From: Clostridia bacterium
GTDB lineage: Bacteria > Bacillota > Clostridia > Christensenellales > UBA1242
DNA: 40,000 nucleotides
Assembly: GCA_045657465.1 (NCBI GenBank)
Contig: JAZOTD010000036.1
Span: 11,372 to 51,371 of the forward strand
Reading direction: 5' to 3'
The notes under the pieces were generated by a model. That model worked only from the letters and a program-made list of their open reading frames with translations, searched no databases and was not told the origin of the DNA. Shown in pieces: positions 1 through 7,833 of this stretch. Each line of letters begins with the position of its first letter. Within the stretch, counting starts at the first letter, position 1. Made by a program: the position numbers and the translations under genes.

Positions 1-480
1 CTCATATTTTTTGTTAAACACAACTAACAAAAATCGTCCAAAATCGAGTGGAAAAATTGGCAAAAAATTAAACAACAAAATCGACCAATTTGCAACCAAA
101 ATATCACTTAAAAAAATATAAGATTCTGGCTTAAACCAAAACATCAAATAACAAAAAATCACAACTAAAAAATTGAATATTGGACCCGCCAAAACAATCT
201 TTATTTCATCATCTAAAACAAAATCATCATCACCTTCGAGTGACGCTCCAAAAAAAGTTAAATGGATTTTCTTTGGCAAATAACCAAGTTTTTTAGAAAC
301 AACAAAATGACTCATCTCATGCAAAACAACAAAAATCACATGATAAAAATATAGCTTCATTTCATCAAGTAAAAATGCTAAACACAAAAGTAACAAAAAA
401 GAAAAATCAATTTTAAAAACTTTAAAAAAATCTGCAATTTTCTGCAATTTTTTGTCGTTTTTATTGAAATATTGCATCAT
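1..480 (-). CDS. M50 site-2 zinc metalloprotease, SpoIVFB-like (5' part only; gene runs off the left edge)
   Basis: Not in the ORF track because there is no stop inside the window. My minus-strand translation from the ATG at 480-478 reads MMQYFNKNDKKLQKIADFF...VVLHEMSHFVVSKKLGY..FFGASLEGDD..LAGPIFNF..NFLPIFPLDFGRFLL. It has the HExxH zinc motif inside a TM segment and the second M50 motif NxxPxxPLDGG (here PLDFG). It starts 21 nt downstream of the minE-like stop. Confidence 0.75.
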   Translation of the reverse strand, partial: MMQYFNKNDKKLQKIADFFKVFKIDFSFLLLLCLAFLLDEMKLYFYHVIFVVLHEMSHFVVSKKLGYLPKKIHLTFFGASLEGDDDFVLDDEIKIVLAGPIFNFLVVIFCYLMFWFKPESYIFLSDILVANWSILLFNFLPIFPLDFGRFLLVVFNKKYE

Positions 481-501
481 TACTTAAATTTTATGCATTA
501 T

Positions 502-801
502 TTATTTGATTTTATCACTTTTAAAAACAACATTTTCAGCAACACAATCAACCATAAAAACAATATTTAAACCCCACAACATCTTCACATTCAACTTCAA
601 ATTTTCAGGAACAATCTTTGTGTATTTTGAAAACACCTCAAACAAATCACTTTTCAAATTTCTTAACTTATCAAGCGTAAGCTCACTTGAACTTAATGCT
701 ATCTCTTGTGAAATTTGATTAATCAAACTTTTATCATTATTCATATTTTTTAGCCACCCTTTTTCTAAAATATCCAATAATCCCACAGTATCTTTTTTCA
801 T
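502..801 (-). CDS. minE: MinE-like topological specificity factor (99 aa; alternative start at 744 gives 80 aa)
   Basis: Lies directly downstream of minD. The N-terminus GLLDILEKGWLK resembles the MinE amphipathic membrane-targeting segment. The middle and C-terminal part LRNLKSDLFEVFSKYTKIVPENLKLNVKM resembles the conserved MinE core (L..IL.VI.KYV.I..E.V.V). The ATG at 801 has no SD. The ATG at 744 is preceded by AAGGGTGG at a 9-nt spacing. Confidence 0.5.
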   Translation of the reverse strand: MKKDTVGLLDILEKGWLKNMNNDKSLINQISQEIALSSSELTLDKLRNLKSDLFEVFSKYTKIVPENLKLNVKMLWGLNIVFMVDCVAENVVFKSDKIK

Positions 802-1513
802 AGTTGATTAAATATGGATTGTTAGTTATAAAAACATTACAAAACAATTTCATCATTTTCTTTTGTTTTTTAGTTATACTTTTAAAACTAAAACAATTAA
901 ATTTATAAAACTTTTCAAACACAAACAAAACATCAGTTTCAAACAAATTTTGAACATCAGAATCACTCACCCTTTCACCACTCAACTGCCCAACAATAAA
1001 AGCCTTGTTTATGACTATTTTTATATTTGTTATATTTTTGAAGTATCTAATTTTTTGAATAAATTTATATGAGTTCAAAACATCAATTTTCTCATCACCC
1101 ATAACAATTATTGTTTCATTTGAATATTTTAAAAATAAATTCAAATTTTCAAAATCATTGTTATTCACATCAATAAAAATAAAGTCAAAATTTTTTGAAA
1201 TATTATTTATAAATTCACAAAACACACTTTCGTGTCGTTTATAATCAAAATTAGTCTTGTTAGTTTTTAAATAAAGCAGATTATGTTTTGCATAATTTAA
1301 AACATCATACTCTCTAGCGTCTCCAGTTATATATTCTTTAAAATCAATTTCCTTTTTTACATCAAATCTCATCGCCAGGTCATTAATAGAAAAATAGCCA
1401 TCAATTAATAAAATTTTTTTATTTTGATTTCGCATTTGTTCTGCAAGTGTCAAAATAATAGATGTCTTACCAACACCACCACGACTTCCAACAAAACTAA
1501 TTATTCTGCACAT
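737..1513 (-). CDS. minD: MinD-like septum-site ATPase (ParA/MinD family)
   Basis: Deviant Walker A near the N-terminus, read as SFVGSRGGVGKTS. The overall length (258 aa) and architecture fit MinD, with Walker A' and B-like regions (FDFIFIDV). The C-terminal amphipathic basic helix GIIGYFRKRVAKK resembles the MinD membrane-targeting sequence. A minE-like gene follows. Confidence 0.7.
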   Translation of the reverse strand: MCRIISFVGSRGGVGKTSIILTLAEQMRNQNKKILLIDGYFSINDLAMRFDVKKEIDFKEYITGDAREYDVLNYAKHNLLYLKTNKTNFDYKRHESVFCEFINNISKNFDFIFIDVNNNDFENLNLFLKYSNETIIVMGDEKIDVLNSYKFIQKIRYFKNITNIKIVINKAFIVGQLSGERVSDSDVQNLFETDVLFVFEKFYKFNCFSFKSITKKQKKMMKLFCNVFITNNPYLINYEKRYCGIIGYFRKRVAKKYE

Positions 1514-1657
1514 ACTTAAATATTAATACTAAAACACTAATTTTTATATGCTAGATATGCTGATTAATGTAGTTTTTTAACCCAAAATAAACATTTTTCG
1601 GTTTTATGTTTGTATAATACAGAAAAAATATTATATAATTAGTTTAGGAGATTAATT

Positions 1658-2665
1658 ATGTCAACTTTTTATATTGGAATAAAAATGGGTTCAACAACAA
1701 CCTACATCTACAAAGCTGGAAACGGAATTGTTTTAAAAGAACCTTCTCTCATTGCCATGCCAACTAACATGAAAGTTAAAGATGTTAAAGCAATTGGCGA
1801 AGATGCAAAAAAACTCATTGGAAGACTTCCTAGCAATATCACAATATTCTCACCAATTTCTGGCGGAACAATTCAATATGAAGAACTAGCTGTTTTAATG
1901 CTCAAAGGATTCTTAAGAAAAATTTTTCCAAACAAAACTCTTGGCCAAAACATAAAAGCTATTGTCACCACCCCAGTTAGTTTGTCGCCACAAGAGAAAA
2001 AAGTTTTTGAAACCACTTGTTTTAAAGCTGGCATTGCTGACGTGTTTTTAATTCCTGATGTTTTATCATACGCCGTTGGAAATGGAATCGATATTCAAAA
2101 TGAAAATGCAAACTTAATTGTAAACATTGGCGGCGAAACAACAAATATTGCCGTTGTTTCAAATTATTCAATCATCAATGGTTTCACCCTTTCATTTGGA
2201 GGTTCAATCATTAGCGTTGCCATTGCAAAATATATCGAAGAAACTTACAATTTCTACATAAGCACTGAACAGGCAGAACAATTAAAAGTTGAAATCTGCT
2301 CTCTATTTGAAACATATTCTGTATCTTACGATATCACAGGGCTCAACAAAAAAACTCAAGCAAAAGAACAATTAACAATCAATGCAACCGAACTTTACCC
2401 TATTGTAAAACACTATTATTCGCTCATTGCTGAAGCAATCAATTCAGTGATTCAGTCAAGCGACCCAGAAGTTATTTCAGACATTTCCAAAAATGGAATC
2501 TATTTTTATGGTGGCGGTTCTTCAATAATTGGTCTTGAAAAATTCATGGCCGAACAAACCACATTTAAAATCAACCCACCAGACACAAGCAGGTCAAACA
2601 TTCTCGGAACCGGTGTTTTAATCAAATATCCACAACTCTTAAAAAAGATTTTAAAGAACACTTAA
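1658..2665 (+). CDS. mreB: MreB/Mbl-like actin-fold protein
   Basis: 335 aa and collinear with MreB: GIVLKEPSLIA, AIGEDAKKLIGRLPSNITIFSPISGGTI, IVNIGGETTNIAV, GIYFYGGGSSIIGLEKF. SD AGGAG lies 7 nt upstream of the ATG. Confidence 0.75.
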   Translation: MSTFYIGIKMGSTTTYIYKAGNGIVLKEPSLIAMPTNMKVKDVKAIGEDAKKLIGRLPSNITIFSPISGGTIQYEELAVLMLKGFLRKIFPNKTLGQNIKAIVTTPVSLSPQEKKVFETTCFKAGIADVFLIPDVLSYAVGNGIDIQNENANLIVNIGGETTNIAVVSNYSIINGFTLSFGGSIISVAIAKYIEETYNFYISTEQAEQLKVEICSLFETYSVSYDITGLNKKTQAKEQLTINATELYPIVKHYYSLIAEAINSVIQSSDPEVISDISKNGIYFYGGGSSIIGLEKFMAEQTTFKINPPDTSRSNILGTGVLIKYPQLLKKILKNT

Positions 2666-2724
2666 TTATAATTAGTTTTTAATCAAATAGTTATGAGTCA
2701 ATATCCATTTAAAAATTTTGGGTA

Positions 2725-2753
2725 TTGACTTTTTTGTTAAATTTTGGTATAAT
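2725..2753 (+). promoter_or_regulatory. Sigma-A-type promoter with extended -10
   Basis: TTGACT (2725-2730), a 17-nt spacer, then TGgTATAAT (TG at 2745-2746, TATAAT at 2748-2753). It sits about 80 nt upstream of the 2834 CDS. Confidence 0.55.
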
Positions 2754-2833
2754 AACAGCGCAATTAAGTCAAGTCCGCATAAACTATGAATTTTGCGGTA
2801 ATTTACTTTAATTCAAAGGGAGTATAAAACAAT

Positions 2834-3577
2834 ATGGAATCTAAAAAAAAGAAAAAGATTATCCTTATTGTTTCATTAGTATCAATTTTTTTAATTGTCG
2901 CTGTTTTAGGAACGTTTTTTACTATAAAAGCAATTAATAATAAAGACAACGACAGCAGCACCCCAGCAACGAATGTGAATAGTTCACTTGGGGTTGATGA
3001 GAGACTATTTGAAGCACATAAGGCTATTATGAACGAAGAAGTTTCTGCTGATTTCAACGGAAACTACAAATTTAAAACTGTTAGTTCAATTATCTTTAAT
3101 AAAGATTTAAACAAAGAACAAATTGAGAAAATCTGTGCATTGCAAGGAACCAACGACCCTAACGGTCTTCAAGGCAAAATTCTTGAAACAAAAAAAGCCG
3201 AAGCAACCCAAAACAATGAAGTTATTGTTTTAAAAGCAAAAGACGGCTACGGTTCTTACACAAGAAGTTACAATTCAAAAGATGTTATTGAATACGGAAG
3301 ATATTTTGGAAACAATGATCTTTCAGAAATAAGCATCTATGATTATGCAACAAAAGACTACTTCTCTTTATATGACATGTCACTTACAAGCATAAAAGAA
3401 GCCGACATCACTTCTTTAAACTCAAGTGCAAACACACATAAAGACAAGCTCTATTTATATAAAAAGGTTTACAGCAAAGAAAATCCAAATCTTATTTTAT
3501 TTACAATCACTTATGTATATGAGTTGATACCTGCTGAACCACCTATTTCAGATTCAGAATTAGATTTTGTTATTTAA
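2834..3577 (+). CDS. Membrane-anchored or secreted protein of unknown function
   Basis: N-terminal Lys-rich segment followed by a hydrophobic helix (KKKKIILIVSLVSIFLIVAVLGTFF), then a polar ectodomain. No motif recognised. Confidence 0.6.
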   Translation: MESKKKKKIILIVSLVSIFLIVAVLGTFFTIKAINNKDNDSSTPATNVNSSLGVDERLFEAHKAIMNEEVSADFNGNYKFKTVSSIIFNKDLNKEQIEKICALQGTNDPNGLQGKILETKKAEATQNNEVIVLKAKDGYGSYTRSYNSKDVIEYGRYFGNNDLSEISIYDYATKDYFSLYDMSLTSIKEADITSLNSSANTHKDKLYLYKKVYSKENPNLILFTITYVYELIPAEPPISDSELDFVI

Positions 3578-3599
3578 TTAAAGATAAAGGAGAATATTT

Positions 3600-4616
3600 A
3601 TGAAGAAGCTTATCAAAAATATTTCAAAAGCATTATGTTTATTATTTGTGTTTTCATTTTCAATAATTTCAATTGTTGGATGTGGAAACAAAGACAATTC
3701 AAACGATAAAAAAGCAAACAACACCGCGTCAACAACAATCGGTGGAGATATCAACAACTCAGCTGACAATGTAAACCAAGATGATATAACCGCTGAAGAA
3801 GTTGCTCTTAATGGCATTTACAAATATGCCCGCCCTGTTATCTATGCTGATACATATTGGACTGTTTCAAATGAAGAGATTTTCGATTATTTCGATACAA
3901 CAGACATCAATGGTGTCTACAATGCTCTTTTAAAATTGAACTTTTTAGATATTGTAAACTCAAATATCTATGAACTTGACGGCGACACAATTGAAACAAT
4001 GGTTTATTTCAACGAAGAAAAATTCATCTATATTGAATTTACTGGAACTTATTACAAGACCGGTGAAGAATATAACATCAATGAACTCACAAGCAAAATT
4101 GAAATAATTGATGAAGAAAATTTTATTGTTCACGCTCCATTTTCTTACGTAAATGATTCAAATGAAGTTGTTGAAACACCTATCATCGTAAAAATTCCAT
4201 ACGTAAAAGTTGCAGATTCAGAAAACACTTTAGTTGGAAATATTTATACCTATCAAACAGGTTCTGCAAATATTATTATTTCAAATCAATCAACAATTAC
4301 AAAAGAAGAAGCTTTCTTAAAGCTTGCAGAGCTTTTTGAAATCAACACAGATGCAGACATTTCTGCAGAAGTTGAAGACATGTTCGCAAACTTTGATATT
4401 CAAATCAATGAAGTTCTTTCAAATGTTACTTTCCTTTGCAAATATGATGACACATTTAGATTTTCAAGCATTTCAAACGCAACATCAACAATCGATGGAA
4501 TGACAATTTCACTCACAAGCAGAAGCATCAATGTTGCAACTGGCATTGAAACATTAAACCTTGAAATCATGCTTGATGAAAACACAACACTCACATTTTC
4601 TTATCAAGCAGCTTAA
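3600..4616 (+). CDS. Putative lipoprotein of unknown function
   Basis: Signal peptide with a lipobox-like sequence SIVGC followed by GNKDNS. SD AAGGAG lies 7 nt upstream. The mature part starts with an NG.YKY motif similar to the upstream gene product. Confidence 0.65.
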   Translation: MKKLIKNISKALCLLFVFSFSIISIVGCGNKDNSNDKKANNTASTTIGGDINNSADNVNQDDITAEEVALNGIYKYARPVIYADTYWTVSNEEIFDYFDTTDINGVYNALLKLNFLDIVNSNIYELDGDTIETMVYFNEEKFIYIEFTGTYYKTGEEYNINELTSKIEIIDEENFIVHAPFSYVNDSNEVVETPIIVKIPYVKVADSENTLVGNIYTYQTGSANIIISNQSTITKEEAFLKLAELFEINTDADISAEVEDMFANFDIQINEVLSNVTFLCKYDDTFRFSSISNATSTIDGMTISLTSRSINVATGIETLNLEIMLDENTTLTFSYQAA

Positions 4617-4636
4617 TTAAATAACTATTTTCAATA

Positions 4637-4671
4637 AAAAGACATACAACAATTCGCTGTATGTCTTTTTC
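4637..4671 (+). terminator. Rho-independent terminator
   Basis: Stem AGACATAC (4640-4647) pairs with GTATGTCT (4659-4666), followed by TTTTT. Confidence 0.6.
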
Positions 4672-4745
4672 TATTTCATTTAGCACTTAAATTTTTCAAA
4701 ACTTACCTTTTTGACTTATCAGTTAATCACAATATTTAAACATAC

Positions 4746-4779
4746 AAAAAAAGAACTGCAATTTGCAGTTCTTTTTATT
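4746..4779 (-). terminator. Rho-independent terminator of the ppx-like gene (hairpin flanked by A- and T-runs)
   Basis: Stem AGAACTGCA (4752-4760) pairs with TGCAGTTCT (4764-4772). On the minus strand a T7 run follows. It abuts the stop at 4780. Confidence 0.6.
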
Positions 4780-6300
4780 TTATAAAATTTCAAGTTTCTT
4801 ATGGAATGTCTTTTCGAAATCTCTGCCAACATCCATACCCCTTTGAATTTCAAATGTTGCATCAGCAACAGTAACAGTTTTCATAATAACTGAATCACCC
4901 AAGATGTCACAGTTAATATCAACAATAACACTGTTTTTGGTTCTATCAAAACATTCAGCCAATCTCAAGATGACACCAAGTTTCTTTGTTGCATCAATGT
5001 CTTCAACTGTCAAAATACCATTATATTTTGCCCAGTCAGCCATTTTTATGTCACCACCTGAATGAAGCGATGCCACAAAACTTGCCAAAATCAATTCTCT
5101 GTGAGTCAACCCATAAATTTCACTGTTAAGAACAACTTCAAATGAGTGACTAGCGTGTTTGTTATAGCTAATTCTCTTACCTACATCGTGCATATAAGAT
5201 GCAACTCTGAGCACCTTTACATATCCACGTGGAAGTTTGTGAAGAACTCTAAGTTGTTTAAAGAGCAGCATTGACAAGTTGTAAACTTGTTCATTGTGTT
5301 TTGTTGAATTTGCTTCATATTCAGAAGTTTGAGCCATAACTGAGAAACCAACAATGTCTGAATTTGGTTTTTCAATAGTAGTTGGTGTAACTGAATTGAA
5401 AAGCAAACCTTCAACCAGTGATCTAGTTGTGATTGTGATTGTTTCTCTTTCAAATTCTTCTGAAATAGCTTTGATGATTTGCACTGCATATGCAAAGATA
5501 TCCGCTCTTGATTCATGCAAACCTTTAAGTCTCTTGTTTTCATTCAATTCAAGCGCTTTGAGTTGTTTTAAAATGTGATCGATATTTGCACTCTTCAAAA
5601 CATAACCATCATCTTTGTCAAGTGGATATTTTGTGTAAATTCTGTCCATACTTGAAAGATCTTCAAAATAAACACCATTGCCCACAAACACATATTCTTG
5701 GTCAATTGTTTTAAGCCAATCAAAGTCTGAAAGTTGTGATTTAACATACTTAACAACTTTTTCAAAGGCTTCCTCTTTTCCAAGTTTTGAAACAGGATAC
5801 ATGTCAACTAAAGTTTTTGGACCAACCGGAATAAACGCCTGGTTCAAAATATTTCTTCTGTTATAATGAATCAAGTGAATGTTATCAGTTCCAACATTTA
5901 CAATTAAACCTTTTGGAATATCATAACTATTCATTACACCAGTATAGATTGCAGCATTTTGTTCTTCAGGTGAAAGCACCGAAAATCTAAAGCCACAAGT
6001 CACAAACACTTCATCAAAGAAGCTGTAAATATTCATTGGTTTTGAATCTTTAATAAAACTTGCAATTGCGATGGTTTTTGTAACTTCAAACATATCACAA
6101 ATTTTTCTAAAATTCTTTAATGTGCTAATGATAGATGAGATTTGATTTTTCTTTAAGAAATGATCATCGTCCATTTCAAGACCAAACTTGATTGGCTCAA
6201 CCTCAACATCACAAATTGAAAAATAATTATCTTGAACAACATTCGCAATAACCAATTTTGCGGAATAAGTTTCAACAAGAACAACAGCAATTTTATCCAC
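4780..6300 (-). CDS. Ppx/GppA-family phosphatase with C-terminal HD domain
   Basis: 506 aa. The N-terminal half has a Ppx/GppA (ASKHA) layout. The C-terminal part has an HD signature (ASYMHDVGKRISYNKHASHS...SLHSGG). Confidence 0.75.
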   Translation of the reverse strand: MDKIAVVLVETYSAKLVIANVVQDNYFSICDVEVEPIKFGLEMDDDHFLKKNQISSIISTLKNFRKICDMFEVTKTIAIASFIKDSKPMNIYSFFDEVFVTCGFRFSVLSPEEQNAAIYTGVMNSYDIPKGLIVNVGTDNIHLIHYNRRNILNQAFIPVGPKTLVDMYPVSKLGKEEAFEKVVKYVKSQLSDFDWLKTIDQEYVFVGNGVYFEDLSSMDRIYTKYPLDKDDGYVLKSANIDHILKQLKALELNENKRLKGLHESRADIFAYAVQIIKAISEEFERETITITTRSLVEGLLFNSVTPTTIEKPNSDIVGFSVMAQTSEYEANSTKHNEQVYNLSMLLFKQLRVLHKLPRGYVKVLRVASYMHDVGKRISYNKHASHSFEVVLNSEIYGLTHRELILASFVASLHSGGDIKMADWAKYNGILTVEDIDATKKLGVILRLAECFDRTKNSVIVDINCDILGDSVIMKTVTVADATFEIQRGMDVGRDFEKTFHKKLEIL

Positions 6301-6433
6301 TATTATCTACTCTCCTAACTTATTTTACATACTACGATTATACCATAAAACAACTCGCTTGTATATGAATATAAAGATTATTTCTAATTATCGTTGGGGT
6401 ATATCAAAAAGTTATAGCACCCATACAAAATTT

Positions 6434-6467
6434 AAAATAGGTTGACATCAAATCAACCTATTTTTTT
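6434..6467 (-). terminator. Terminator of the rnf-like operon
   Basis: Stem TAGGTTGA (6438-6445) pairs with TCAACCTA (6453-6460). It is flanked by A- and T-runs and lies immediately after the rnfB stop (6466-6468). Confidence 0.6.
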
Positions 6468-7248
6468 ATAGTCTTGAAATTACGTGAGTTGGACAAGCCG
6501 CAACACACTTTCCACACTTAATACATTTTTCTGCATCAATCTTTGGCATGCCACCAACCATAGTAATTGCACCTGATGGACAAGCCACAACACACGCTTC
6601 ACAATGTGTGCAAGCAACTTCGCAATTTCTTGTTACAACTGAATCATTTGATGAATTGCTGCAAACAACTTCAACAAATTTCTTTGCAGGAATCATTGAA
6701 ATTAGCTCATTTGGACAAGCCCCAACACATTCTCCACAACCAACGCATCTTTCTTTGTCAACAACTGCACAGCCCTTTTTAGATATGCTTATTGCCCCAT
6801 AAACACAGGCTTTAGCACAATCTCCACAACCAAGACATGCAAATTGACAATGTTTATCACCAGAATGTTCCAAGTTTTTGCTGGCACAGGTTTGATCACC
6901 AACATAATGATATTTAGTTCCGCAATCACAACCACCTTTACATCTAACAAATGCAACACTGTTAAATCTAACCTTGCGTTCTTTCTTTAGAACTTGTCTA
7001 GCTCTCAAATAGTTTTTTCCAACGAAATATGGACACATGCTCATAATTGTTTTGCCTTTTGTTAAATCATCAGCAAACTTTGCACAATTAGGTCTTCCAC
7101 ATTTTCCACAATCTAAATTAGGCAACAATTCACGAACAACTTCTGCCGTTTTGTCTAATTTTTTGTTCTTATTCGTAACAACAACCATAATCACTATTGC
7201 AAGCAACAAGAAAACAATTGAGCCTGAATAAACAATAATTTTTAACAT
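6466..7248 (-). CDS. rnfB: RnfB-like polyferredoxin subunit
   Basis: N-terminal TM helix, then the RnfB-type Fe-S domain LPNLDCGKCGRPNCAKFADDL...CP, then several CxxCxxCxxxCP 4Fe-4S motifs (CVGCGECVGACP, CTHCEACVVACP, CIKCGKCVAACP). SD AAGGAG lies 5 nt upstream. Confidence 0.85.
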   Translation of the reverse strand: MLKIIVYSGSIVFLLLAIVIMVVVTNKNKKLDKTAEVVRELLPNLDCGKCGRPNCAKFADDLTKGKTIMSMCPYFVGKNYLRARQVLKKERKVRFNSVAFVRCKGGCDCGTKYHYVGDQTCASKNLEHSGDKHCQFACLGCGDCAKACVYGAISISKKGCAVVDKERCVGCGECVGACPNELISMIPAKKFVEVVCSNSSNDSVVTRNCEVACTHCEACVVACPSGAITMVGGMPKIDAEKCIKCGKCVAACPTHVISRL

Positions 7249-7257
7249 AGCAACTCC

Positions 7258-7833
7258 TTAAAACATTAATCCTGCGTAATGTAATAAAATTGAAAATATA
7301 GCAAGCAAAAACAATCTAGATGGAACATTTCTAAACGCTGAGTTTATATATGATCTGTTCACTGATTCAGTAAAGAATCCAACAAGCACACTCACAACCA
7401 AAACAGAAACAACAATGGCAATAATTGACATTGCAAATTCTGCAATTGGCATGCTCATATCGATTGTAAAAATCACTGAAAACGTAAATGACGCATCCAT
7501 AACATATGAAAATGAACTTTCATATAAATAATGTTTGAATGTTGAGATTTTTGACCAAATATGATTAACCAAAAGATTATATGTGCCAACAAACACAACC
7601 GCAACGCTCGCACTTATATATTCTAAATTAAATGGTTTGTAAACATATGTGTTCAACACATATGTTGCAAAACAACATAGAATGATTCCCACAACTAAAA
7701 AGACTGATTCCAAAAGCCTAAATGACTTATACATTTTTTCTCTTTGGAACAAAACAGCACCGGTTCCGTTAGAAACAACAATATTGCTTTTCAAACCATA
7801 TAAAACCAAATACGATAATAAAATTTGCAACAT
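7258..7833 (-). CDS. rnfA: RnfA-like integral membrane subunit (Rnf-Nqr family), divergent
   Basis: 191 aa with about 6 TM segments. Its position between the rnfE-like gene and rnfB matches canonical gene order. The C-terminal NVPSRLFLLAIFSILLHYAGLMF resembles the RnfA/NqrE C-terminus. Its start overlaps the rnfE stop as TAATG. Confidence 0.55.
   Translation of the reverse strand: MLQILLSYLVLYGLKSNIVVSNGTGAVLFQREKMYKSFRLLESVFLVVGIILCCFATYVLNTYVYKPFNLEYISASVAVVFVGTYNLLVNHIWSKISTFKHYLYESSFSYVMDASFTFSVIFTIDMSMPIAEFAMSIIAIVVSVLVVSVLVGFFTESVNRSYINSAFRNVPSRLFLLAIFSILLHYAGLMF

Noticed and set aside
434-455. A tandem CTGCAATTTT x2 repeat.
   Set aside because: It lies inside the M50 protease CDS (encoding KKLQKIADFF) and there are only two copies, so it is probably fortuitous.
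1548-1566. A direct repeat ATATGCT-AG-ATATGCT in the minD/mreB divergent region as a regulator site.
   Set aside because: It is only 7 bp repeated twice in AT-rich DNA, with no supporting palindrome or second occurrence seen. The evidence is too weak.
2843-2857. An A8-G-A5 homopolymer run in codons 4-8 of the 2834 gene as a slipped-strand phase-variation switch.
   Set aside because: It encodes the Lys-rich n-region of a signal anchor (KKKKK). Such runs are common in AT-rich genomes, and there is no evidence of length variation from a single sequence.
5217-5543. A 108-aa same-strand alternative-frame ORF inside the ppx-like gene.
   Set aside because: It is fully nested in a well-supported CDS, has no SD and gives Q/L/K-rich sequence. 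This is a frame artefact.
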